DNA of 64,000 nt from Gemmatimonas sp. Lineage in GTDB: Bacteria; Gemmatimonadota; Gemmatimonadetes; Gemmatimonadales; Gemmatimonadaceae. Made by a program: the position numbers and the translations under genes. The notes beneath the pieces were generated by a model. The model worked only from the letters and a program-made list of their open reading frames with translations, did not search any database and was not told the origin of the DNA. Location of the stretch: the NCBI GenBank assembly GCA_031414535.1, contig JANNVQ010000014.1, positions 64,001 through 128,000 on the forward strand. The letters are read 5' to 3'. This document shows positions 21,259 through 30,041 of this stretch, piece after piece; positions within the stretch are counted from its first letter, which is position 1; each line of letters begins with the position of its first letter.

Positions 21259-24200
21259 AACACGCAGCCACCGCGGGCTGGCAACTCAATAACCGTTGCA
21301 TCACCCTCCAGCCGCGCTCGGGCACAAGCCCCGAGCGCGGCTGCTGCATTGAGCCTGAGTCCAGGGACACGGATGGTTACAGCCGCGTTGGCATTATTGA
21401 GCGCCACGACCGTTGCCCCGCGCCGATACACAAATTGTTGTGCGGCCACGAAGAGGTGCTCCATAGGAGCTCGGCGAAGATCTGGACGTGCCTCGCGCAA
21501 CGCCGCCAATGCTTCGAGATGCGAGTAGATGCGCTGCTCATCGCTAGTCCGACCGCTCGCCGAGAAGGCATCGCGTGTATCGCCCGGGAAGCCGCCAGGG
21601 AAGTCACGGCGGTTATCCGGGTCACCGCCGCCGGTCATACCAATCTCATTGCCATAGTAGAGCTTAGGAATGCCACGTACCGTGTACAGGAAGGTGTAAG
21701 CGAGGAGCAGGCCGTCCGTGGTGGCTGTTGAGTCCCACGGAAGACGCGGCATATCGTGATTCTCGAGGAAGGTCACGAGACGCTCAGGATGGTTGTAGAG
21801 CCTGTCCTGCGCGAGCACCTGAGCCAGTTGACGAATCTCCTCGCCACGCGCAAACACGCGCCGCGACGCTGCCTGAAGCGGGAAGTCAAAGAGTTGGTCC
21901 ACACCGGTGACGATGCCATCGGCGGGCTGGTGCGTGCCTTCAAAGAAGGCCACTGTCGCAACGTCCTCGCTCCAGAGCTCCCCGACCACGGTCAGGGCTG
22001 GGTACTCGCGCTTGAGCGCCGCCATCCAAGGACGCCAGAACCGGCGATGCACATAGGGCCAGGTGTCCTGCCTGAGCGCATCAGCGCCGCTGACGCCCAC
22101 CCACCAGAGTGAGTTCTGAATGAGATAGCGCTCAACCTCTGGGTCGTCCTGATTGAAGTCAGGCAGGATATCCGCAAACCATCCGCGCAAAGTGGAGTCC
22201 TGCACGGCCGCGCTCGCCCGCGAATCCGTGAGTGATTCCATCTTCCAGTTGTTAGGCAGATGCCGCGCGAGCGTTCCGTTGTACCAGGTTGGCGTCGGCG
22301 GGTCATTGGCCCACACGTGCTCGGGCCCCGTGTGATTGGCCACTTGGTCGAGCATAATCTTTATGCCAGCCGCGTGGGCGTCATCCACGAGGCGACGCAA
22401 AGAGGCAAGATCGCCAAGATGCTCATCCACGGAGTACAGGTCCGTCGCACCGTAGCCGTGATAGTCCGTGTATGGACGACCAGTCTCCGGCAGGCGCATC
22501 CGATGCGCCACCGTATCAACGTTGTCGTAGAGCGGCGTCATCCAGATGGCGGTCACGCCGAGCCGACGTAAGTGCGGCAGTCGCTGGCGCAGACCTTCGA
22601 GGTCACCGCCGTGGTAGGCTTTGGGGTCGCGACGGTCGTACATGCCGCGCGAGCGCGTGGGGTCGTTGTTGGTCGTGTCGCCGTCAGCAAAGCGATCCGG
22701 CATCACGAAGTAGATGAGGTCGTCGGCGCCGATGCCGGCAAACCGGCTTTGACGCTCCAGCGGCTGACTGACCATGAAATCGAAGGTCGTGCGGCCGCCC
22801 GCTGTTTCGAGGCCGATGGCATGCGTTCCCACGAGCGCCGCCGCACCAGGCGTGGGAATCTCCACATCGGCAAACACATACGTGCCGCTCTCACTCACCC
22901 GCACGTTCGAACAGCGCAGCGGTGCGCAGGAGAGCTGCGCGCCCTGCAGGTCGCGCCCACGCACGAGGATGCGCACGGGATTCACCGAATGGCCCAGCCA
23001 CCAGTTGGGTGGCTCCACCTTCACCACACTTGGAGCTGCAACAGGCGTCGGCTTGATTCTCGTCAGGCGCACCTCGCGCACGATGGTCTCGTTCAACGCC
23101 CCATTCATATTGCGGTCGCTAGGCGTATACGCGAGCGCGAGTTCGTGAACGCCCTCGGAGAGCGTCGCCACAGCCGAGGTGCTCCAGCCAAACTCGCTCC
23201 AGTTCCCTGCCCCGCGCTGCGGCATCACCAACACGCCGGCACGCACGCCATCCACGAATAGAGACCGGATGGCGGCTTTGTCCTCGGTGTTGATGGGGCC
23301 ATTGCCGTTAGCATAGAAGGCCTCAATGGCATAGCGCCCCGCTGATGGAACGCGGACTTCAAGTCGCAGACGATTCGAATCAGCTGCGCTTAGTCGCTGT
23401 ACAGCGGCCGCTACGGCAATGCGCAGCTCCGCACTCGGCGAGAGCAGGCGAAGCGGCTCGCTAGGGAAAGAGACGAGGCCGCTCTCCGCAACCGCCACGA
23501 CCTGCACTTCATCCAACATATCAGTCGCGCGCAGACGAATGCGCGGCTCTGGATATAGGTGGCTGCCCAGCAGCGAGGTGCCATTCCGCAGCACGCGGTA
23601 GCCCACAGCCCCTTCCACTGGGGGCCACTCAATCACGGCGGTATCGCCCCGCATCGCCACGATGCCTGGTTGCATCGGCGTATCAGGCGCCACCGCTGCC
23701 GCTACAATCCCGACCGTATCTTGAGGCCAACGGCCGTTCAGTTCCACCTCTAAGATCTGGTTGCCGCGTCTGTCGGCGGGAATCTCCGCATACGCCACAG
23801 GCGCGCCGTTCAGTGTGGCTCGCGCCACCGCATCACCGAAGCCACGCACAATGACCGTCACATCAGCACCGCGATACCGTAGCCCGCTCAGTCGGCGCTC
23901 TCCAGCATAAGCGGGCGGCACCATCGGTCGAATGGCCAAACTATTTTCCGCGGCGCGCAGCCCAAACAGCACGCGGTACTGCACGGCCAATTGCCCACCC
24001 ACACTCCACAGCTGGCGGTCGGAATTCAGCGCCGTGCCCTCAAAGTGGCCAGTGGCCGCGACGAGGTTCTCCTTGTTGGTAAGGAAGAGCGCCGCCGAGC
24101 GCACCGTGGTGGCAATGCCGTGCTCTACCGTTGAGCCGTGCCCGGCCTCTGCGCCCGCCCACATCCAATAGGCCCCCACAAAGGGCCAGATGCTGCCGTT

Positions 24201-25745
24201 GTGATAATTCGGAACACCGGGGATAAACGGATAGAGCGTCGGCACACCAAAGGGCATCAGCGGTGCCTGCGCGAGCACACTCGCACGATCCTCACGCGCC
24301 GTAGCGCCAGTGAGCATCGCCATCGCCTCGCCCAAAGCTTCAAACCGCTCACTCGGCGCACTCGTTACCGCTGAAAGCCGCGTAGCAATGAAGGGGTGAT
24401 GACGCGACGCCGACTCATCCCACAACCATCGGCGCATACCCGCGCGGATGGTATCAGCCTCCGTTTCCCATCCGCGAACGGTTGACGAGGGCAGAGCCAT
24501 CGCCCGCGCCATGCGTGCGAGCACCTGCCTCGCACCAAGATGCACGGCGTTCGTACCGAGGGCGGGTGACGCTGCGATGTCGGCCGGCTGCATCCAGCGT
24601 GGATAGCTCTGTTCACGCCAATCGAGAAAGCTCGACTCACCACGAACCAAACCGGTACTCGCATCCCAGGCGGTTTGACGGTCCGCCGTCACGGAGCGCT
24701 CAATGACCGCATACGACTCGCGCAGCCACTCACCATCGCCCGTCACAGCGTACAGTTCCCACGCCGCGAGCGCCCAAGTGAGACGATCTGTGCTAATCGG
24801 CCAGGAGCCACCGGTACCGGTGTCTTGGATGATTCTGCCCGTAGCATCAACCTTGGCACGAAGGCTGGCCTTCACGGCATCCGGCGCCACAAAGGGGAGG
24901 CCGAGCAGAGTCGCGAGCGCGACGTCGCGCGTCCACACACCCGGCCATTTGGCGCCCGCTGCGAGCGCCGCGTCAGGCCGTATCAGCTGCGCCAACTCAT
25001 CCAGCGACAAACGATACAACGCGTCCAGCAGCGGTTGATTGGAAGTGAGCTGAGGTCCCCATGCTGCAGCCTTGGGCGTCCACACTGCCTGACCTCGGCG
25101 ATTCACGGGCCGTAAGAACTCTGTTGCAAACTCGAGCGTGGTCTCGTAGATGCCATCGCCATCACGGTCCGTGAGGTCGCGTGCCGTGCCAGCCGCCACA
25201 CTGTTGATGTCCCACGCGAACGGATCCGTGTCGCCAATGACCGTGACACGCTCAATGCGTGTGAGCGTATCGCCACGCGGCGTCACGTAGCTCCCCGTGC
25301 GAGCAATGGCGTCCTTGGCGGCGCGCAGATCGAGGCGGATGCTCACACGCGCTTGGGCGGCCGCGGCCTGCGGCGCCATCACTGGCTCGGGCAGGCTTGG
25401 GCGCGGAGGCACACCAAACACGTAGCCGGGCGTGACGACCACACCGCGCTGCGGACGCAGGTTGATGGTGTGCTCGATGCCGGGCGGGAACTCGTTGTCG
25501 CGGCCGTTCAATGCAAACTTGAAGTGCACCTCACGCGCCGCCCGGGGATAGGTGGCGAGGATCTGCTCGCGCCCAACGGCCGTCGCGCGGAAGGGACCTT
25601 GGCGAACCTCCGTAGCGCTCAGCTCGAAGGCGTCCGACTTATAGAGAACCTGTGCCGCCAGGCCGCTGCCCGTCGCGATAAGCGCCACAGCCAAACAGGC
25701 GGCGCGCCGCGCTAGCCGTCTCCCCGTCACCAGAGCCTCGTGCAT
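21255..25745 (-). CDS. Large secreted multi-domain glycosidase: (alpha/alpha)6 GH (amylo-alpha-1,6-glucosidase/MGH1-like) + FN3-like + CBM35/6-like + GH13 cyclomaltodextrinase-like
   Basis: ATG 25745 with GGAG RBS and signal peptide. AGAKWPGVWTRD, GESSFLDWREQSYP, YHNGSIWPFV; YANGNG..NWSEFGW (CBM-like); C-terminal GH13 MPDRFADGD, RQDT, VGEL, NHD. Confidence 0.82.
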   Translation of the reverse strand: MHEALVTGRRLARRAACLAVALIATGSGLAAQVLYKSDAFELSATEVRQGPFRATAVGREQILATYPRAAREVHFKFALNGRDNEFPPGIEHTINLRPQRGVVVTPGYVFGVPPRPSLPEPVMAPQAAAAQARVSIRLDLRAAKDAIARTGSYVTPRGDTLTRIERVTVIGDTDPFAWDINSVAAGTARDLTDRDGDGIYETTLEFATEFLRPVNRRGQAVWTPKAAAWGPQLTSNQPLLDALYRLSLDELAQLIRPDAALAAGAKWPGVWTRDVALATLLGLPFVAPDAVKASLRAKVDATGRIIQDTGTGGSWPISTDRLTWALAAWELYAVTGDGEWLRESYAVIERSVTADRQTAWDASTGLVRGESSFLDWREQSYPRWMQPADIAASPALGTNAVHLGARQVLARMARAMALPSSTVRGWETEADTIRAGMRRWLWDESASRHHPFIATRLSAVTSAPSERFEALGEAMAMLTGATAREDRASVLAQAPLMPFGVPTLYPFIPGVPNYHNGSIWPFVGAYWMWAGAEAGHGSTVEHGIATTVRSAALFLTNKENLVAATGHFEGTALNSDRQLWSVGGQLAVQYRVLFGLRAAENSLAIRPMVPPAYAGERRLSGLRYRGADVTVIVRGFGDAVARATLNGAPVAYAEIPADRRGNQILEVELNGRWPQDTVGIVAAAVAPDTPMQPGIVAMRGDTAVIEWPPVEGAVGYRVLRNGTSLLGSHLYPEPRIRLRATDMLDEVQVVAVAESGLVSFPSEPLRLLSPSAELRIAVAAAVQRLSAADSNRLRLEVRVPSAGRYAIEAFYANGNGPINTEDKAAIRSLFVDGVRAGVLVMPQRGAGNWSEFGWSTSAVATLSEGVHELALAYTPSDRNMNGALNETIVREVRLTRIKPTPVAAPSVVKVEPPNWWLGHSVNPVRILVRGRDLQGAQLSCAPLRCSNVRVSESGTYVFADVEIPTPGAAALVGTHAIGLETAGGRTTFDFMVSQPLERQSRFAGIGADDLIYFVMPDRFADGDTTNNDPTRSRGMYDRRDPKAYHGGDLEGLRQRLPHLRRLGVTAIWMTPLYDNVDTVAHRMRLPETGRPYTDYHGYGATDLYSVDEHLGDLASLRRLVDDAHAAGIKIMLDQVANHTGPEHVWANDPPTPTWYNGTLARHLPNNWKMESLTDSRASAAVQDSTLRGWFADILPDFNQDDPEVERYLIQNSLWWVGVSGADALRQDTWPYVHRRFWRPWMAALKREYPALTVVGELWSEDVATVAFFEGTHQPADGIVTGVDQLFDFPLQAASRRVFARGEEIRQLAQVLAQDRLYNHPERLVTFLENHDMPRLPWDSTATTDGLLLAYTFLYTVRGIPKLYYGNEIGMTGGGDPDNRRDFPGGFPGDTRDAFSASGRTSDEQRIYSHLEALAALREARPDLRRAPMEHLFVAAQQFVYRRGATVVALNNANAAVTIRVPGLRLNAAAALGACARARLEGDATVIELPARGGCVF

Positions 25746-25764
25746 CAACTTCTCCGCGTTGTAA

Positions 25765-27462
25765 TCAGCGATTGTTTGGCAATTGACTGGCCCAGCTGGC
25801 TGCGGCCGGCCCAATGATGACATGAACCACGCCAGCCTCGAGACGCTGCACGGCGCGCGCGCCAAGCAGTAACAGCGCAGGTTCGTCGAGCCGGCTCGTA
25901 TCCTTCATACGGACCCGCAGGCGCGTATGCGCCACTGCGTCTGCGCCGGCCACATTGTCGGCGCCACCGAGCGCGGCGTAAAGCTCGTGAGCCGAGGGCA
26001 GCTCGGCAGATGGCGCCTTGGCCATCGCCGCCGCCATCTCATGCTTCAGCTGCTCGGAGCGCGTTCCAAACACTGCCTGCACTCCTCCGGCCGTCTTCAG
26101 CACACCCGAAGCCCCGAGCCCGCGCAGGGCGGCATCGTTTGCCTGCGCTGGATCGTGGAGTTCAATACGCAAGCGCGTAATGCAAGCGTCCAAGCTCTTA
26201 ATGTTGCCCGCGCCTCCGAAGGCCGCCACGAGACGCTGGCCCATAGAACCGCTCGCCGGTACATCAGTAGCCGTAGCGCCTTCCCCTGCTGGTGCCTCGG
26301 CTTCTCGACCCGGCGTCTTGTAGTCGCGTGCCACAATGACGTAGCGGAAAATCACATAGTAGAGCAGTGCGTACAGCGGCCCGAGCCACAGCAGCCACCA
26401 CCCACGCTGCGAATTGGGATACAACACGACGAAGTCAATCAAGCCGTGCGAAAACGTGGTGCTGTGGTGAATGTCAAGCAGCACCGCAATCACATAGGCC
26501 GCGCCGGCCAAGACAGCGTGAATGACGTACAGCAGCGGCGCGACGAAGAGGAAGGAGAACTCAATCGGCTCGGTGATACCCGTGAGGAAGGACGTCATCG
26601 CCGCAGAAATCATGATGCCGCCGACCTTGGCGCGATTCTCTGGACGTGCCGTCCGCCACATCGCCAGCGCCGCGGCGGGTAACCCCCACATCTTGAAGAG
26701 GTACCCACCCGCCAGATTGCCAGCCGTCGGGTCACCAGAGGTGAACCGATAGATTTCGCCGCGAATTGTGTTGCCAGTGGCGGGATCTAGGTAGCTGCCC
26801 ACTTCAAAGAAGAAGGGCGCGTTCCAGATGTGATGCAGGCCAAAGGGAATGAGGCCTCGCTCAACAAGTCCGTAGAGGCCGAAGGCCGTAGCCGGACTTC
26901 CCGTCGCCGCCCAATGTGAGAAGCCGTCAATCAATCGGCCAATCGGAGGCCACACGAAGGCCATCGCGAGGCCCGTAAACACCGCCGCAAAGGCCGTCAG
27001 AATTGGGATCAGTCGTGAGCCGGAGAAGAATCCCAGCCAGGTCGGCAACTGTGTACGAGAGTAGCGCTGATACAGAAAGCCAACCACGGCACCAATCACG
27101 AGTCCGCCAAACACACCGGTCTCGATGCTGGGCATACCGATGATCATCTTGGGCTCGTAACCCACAAACGGCGCCATCACGCCCATAGTGGCCACAAGCA
27201 CTGCGAATCCCACCACTGCAGCCAAGGCTGCGGCGCCTTCACCCGCCGTAAGGCCTAAGGCCACGCTCACCGCAAAGATGATGGGCAAGTTGCCGAAGAT
27301 TGCGCCGCCTGCTCGTGCCATCACATCGCTGACGACGACCGGCAGCACGGCGAACTTGGCAGAACCCACGCCCAGAAGGATGCCAGCCGCCGGGAGCACG
27401 CTCACCGGCAACATCAACGACTTCCCAATCTTCTGCAGGATATTGAATGTGGTACGCCACAT
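25765..27462 (-). CDS. ptsG: PTS glucose-family EIIC-EIIB with a second, degenerate EIIB domain
   Basis: LQKIGKSLMLPVSVLP, PFGLHHIWN, GITEPIEFSF; EIIB LDACITRLR; second copy DAVAHTRLR. Start ATG 27462. Confidence 0.9.
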   Translation of the reverse strand: MWRTTFNILQKIGKSLMLPVSVLPAAGILLGVGSAKFAVLPVVVSDVMARAGGAIFGNLPIIFAVSVALGLTAGEGAAALAAVVGFAVLVATMGVMAPFVGYEPKMIIGMPSIETGVFGGLVIGAVVGFLYQRYSRTQLPTWLGFFSGSRLIPILTAFAAVFTGLAMAFVWPPIGRLIDGFSHWAATGSPATAFGLYGLVERGLIPFGLHHIWNAPFFFEVGSYLDPATGNTIRGEIYRFTSGDPTAGNLAGGYLFKMWGLPAAALAMWRTARPENRAKVGGIMISAAMTSFLTGITEPIEFSFLFVAPLLYVIHAVLAGAAYVIAVLLDIHHSTTFSHGLIDFVVLYPNSQRGWWLLWLGPLYALLYYVIFRYVIVARDYKTPGREAEAPAGEGATATDVPASGSMGQRLVAAFGGAGNIKSLDACITRLRIELHDPAQANDAALRGLGASGVLKTAGGVQAVFGTRSEQLKHEMAAAMAKAPSAELPSAHELYAALGGADNVAGADAVAHTRLRVRMKDTSRLDEPALLLLGARAVQRLEAGVVHVIIGPAAASWASQLPNNR

Positions 27463-27464
27463 AC

Positions 27465-30041
27465 TCAATTCACCTCGCCGTGCCGCGCGCGTACGAGCAC
27501 GCGCACTTCCTCGCCATCCGCGCAATCCAATGCGAGCTGCGCCGTCGCACGGCACTCTGCCAAGCTGAGCTCCCGCACGCGGGCCTTAGACTCGGCCACC
27601 ACAGGCAGATCAACACTCAGCTCAGAAACGCCAAGCCCGAGTAATACAGGGATAGCCAAGGGATCGGCGGCCAGTGCGCCGCAGACCCCAGCCCACTTTC
27701 CGTGCTTCGCTGCGGCTTCGGCCGTTATGGCAATGAGCCGCAGCACCGCCGGATGCATCGCATCAACCTGCACCGCGAGACGAGGATTGGTGCGGTCCAT
27801 CGCCATGGTGTACTGCGTCAGGTCGTTGGTGCCGATGCTCAGAAAGTCGGCCTCACGCGCGAAGTGGTCCGCCATCAGCGCAGCGGCGGCCGTCTCCACC
27901 ATGATTCCCACTGGGATGCGCGGCGCATTCAAAGCCACGCGCTCCTCCTCGACCATCGCGGAGGCAGCGCGCCACTCCGCGAGCGTGGCAATCATTGGGA
28001 ACATCACAGCCACTTTGCCTTCTGCGGCGGAGCGCAAGATGGCGCGCAACTGGCGCCGCATGACCGCGGGCTCCGCCAAAGTGAAGCGGATGCCTCGCGC
28101 ACCAAGGAAGGGATTCTCTTCCTTCTCCATGGGCAGGTAGGGTAAGGGCTTATCACCACCGATGTCTAGCGTGCGAATGATGAGCAGCCGCTTCGGTCCA
28201 AGTGCCCGGGCAACGCTGCCGTAGAGCTCAGTTTGCTCGTCCTCGTTCGGTTCGCGCTCACGGGCTTGGAAGATGAACTCACTGCGCAGTAGTCCCACGC
28301 CGTCAGCGCCACCAGATACGACATCTGCGCCTTGGCGCACATCGCCGATGTTGGCCGCGACTTCAATGCGCTGCCCGTCTCGCGTGACGGCGTCCTGCTG
28401 CGCCAGCGCCTGTGCAGCTGTGCGGCGAGCGTCCCGCGCTTGACGGCGCGAGCTAGCTGCTTGTTCCTCAGCGGCGCTGGGCGCAATCCGCAAACGCCCA
28501 GTATCGCCATCCACGAGCACTCGCGTACCCACCGGGATATGCAGAGCGCGGATATCGATGCCTGCAATGGCCGGCAGACCGAGCCCTCGGGCGATGATGG
28601 CCACGTGCGAAGTCGAGGAACCCATCGTTGTGCAGAGCGCACGCACACGACTACGGTCAAGATCAGCGGCGTCTGACGGCGTGAGATCTTCAGCGATGAC
28701 AATCGCATCCATTGGCAGACTACGCGCCTGAGTGTCACGCCCCACGAGCAAGTGCAGCACTCGTCGGCCAACATCTCGCAGATCTGTCGCCCGCGCGGCT
28801 AACAGCGGATCACGGAGCGCGGCCAAGCGCTCAGCCTGTGCCGTGTAGGACTGCTGCCAAGCCCAAGAAGCGGTCCAGCCGTCCTGCACGCCAGCGATGG
28901 CTTGGTCGAGCATCTCCGGGTCCTCGAGCAACTCTTGATGCGCGGCGAAGATTGTGGCCCGCTCACCTTGGCCTTCCTGCGTAAGTCGAGTCCGCAGGCC
29001 TTCGAGTTGCAGATGCGCCGCAGCAATGGCGGCGTCGAGCTGCCGTCGCTCAATCTTTGCATCAGCGGCGCGCGCTGCAGGGACGGCGTCGTCGTAGCGA
29101 AGTTGCACCACGACACCAGCGGCAGTTCCTGGTGAAGCGGACACGCCGTGCAGGACGCCTTCAGTGACCGCTACCTCCCTGGCTCCTGCAGGTATGGCGC
29201 CTGCAGGCTTGGCGCCCTCGTGCTTGGCTTCTGCTGTACCAACCGCTGCAAGCGTAGCAGCCCGCGGCTCCGATTCCACGACGAGAAGCGCCGAGACTGC
29301 CGCAAGCGCGGCGGCCGCATCGTCACCACTCGCCAGTACCGTCACAAGGTCACCGCCGCCCACTTCAAGTGCCATCATCGAGACCACGCTACGCAGGTTA
29401 GCGTCCTTGCTCCCCTTGGCCAGACGCAGATCTGCCGTGAAACGACGCGCCACCGCAGCCAGCGCAGCGGCGGGGCGGGCGTGGAGTCCGCTGGGGTCTT
29501 GCACTCGCATTGGTGCCGACCGGAGAACTGTAGCACCCTGCTTGGGAGCATCGCCCACCGCAGCAGCCTTTCGAAACACGCGGAGCACACCAGTCTGCCC
29601 CGACTGCACTCGGCCACTCATCGTCTCCAAGCGCTCAACCTGATCCATGTTCGCAACCACCATCGGCGTGAGCAGGCTCACCGCACGAGTTGCAATCAAG
29701 TCCGGAGAGAAGCGAAGCAGCGGATCACCACGCTTCACACGATCGCCGGCTCGTACGAGAATCTCGAGTCCGGCCCCATCCAGCTTCACGGTGTCGAGGC
29801 CTAAGTGCAACACCAACTCTAGTCCGTCTACGTCGAGCGTCAGCGCGTGCTTCGCTTTATGCACCAACAGCACGGTGGCATCGCAGGGCGCCACCAGCGT
29901 GTCACCAAGTGGATCAATAGCAATGCCATCGCCAACGAGTCGTTGGCGAAATGCCTCATCAGGCACCTCGTCCAAGGAGACGACGATACCGCTGATTGGT
30001 GCGGCCAGCTCCAGCACGGCTGGCTCTGGCGATGGCATCAC
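27465..30041 (-). CDS. Multiphosphoryl transfer protein EIIA(Glc)-HPr-EI
   Basis: EIIA: VPDEAF...GDGIAIDP, HLGLDTV. HPr: GLHARPA. EI: TSHVAI, GLLRSEF, RTLDIGGDK, SIGTNDLTQY. Confidence 0.93.
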   Translation of the reverse strand: MMPSPEPAVLELAAPISGIVVSLDEVPDEAFRQRLVGDGIAIDPLGDTLVAPCDATVLLVHKAKHALTLDVDGLELVLHLGLDTVKLDGAGLEILVRAGDRVKRGDPLLRFSPDLIATRAVSLLTPMVVANMDQVERLETMSGRVQSGQTGVLRVFRKAAAVGDAPKQGATVLRSAPMRVQDPSGLHARPAAALAAVARRFTADLRLAKGSKDANLRSVVSMMALEVGGGDLVTVLASGDDAAAALAAVSALLVVESEPRAATLAAVGTAEAKHEGAKPAGAIPAGAREVAVTEGVLHGVSASPGTAAGVVVQLRYDDAVPAARAADAKIERRQLDAAIAAAHLQLEGLRTRLTQEGQGERATIFAAHQELLEDPEMLDQAIAGVQDGWTASWAWQQSYTAQAERLAALRDPLLAARATDLRDVGRRVLHLLVGRDTQARSLPMDAIVIAEDLTPSDAADLDRSRVRALCTTMGSSTSHVAIIARGLGLPAIAGIDIRALHIPVGTRVLVDGDTGRLRIAPSAAEEQAASSRRQARDARRTAAQALAQQDAVTRDGQRIEVAANIGDVRQGADVVSGGADGVGLLRSEFIFQAREREPNEDEQTELYGSVARALGPKRLLIIRTLDIGGDKPLPYLPMEKEENPFLGARGIRFTLAEPAVMRRQLRAILRSAAEGKVAVMFPMIATLAEWRAASAMVEEERVALNAPRIPVGIMVETAAAALMADHFAREADFLSIGTNDLTQYTMAMDRTNPRLAVQVDAMHPAVLRLIAITAEAAAKHGKWAGVCGALAADPLAIPVLLGLGVSELSVDLPVVAESKARVRELSLAECRATAQLALDCADGEEVRVLVRARHGEVN

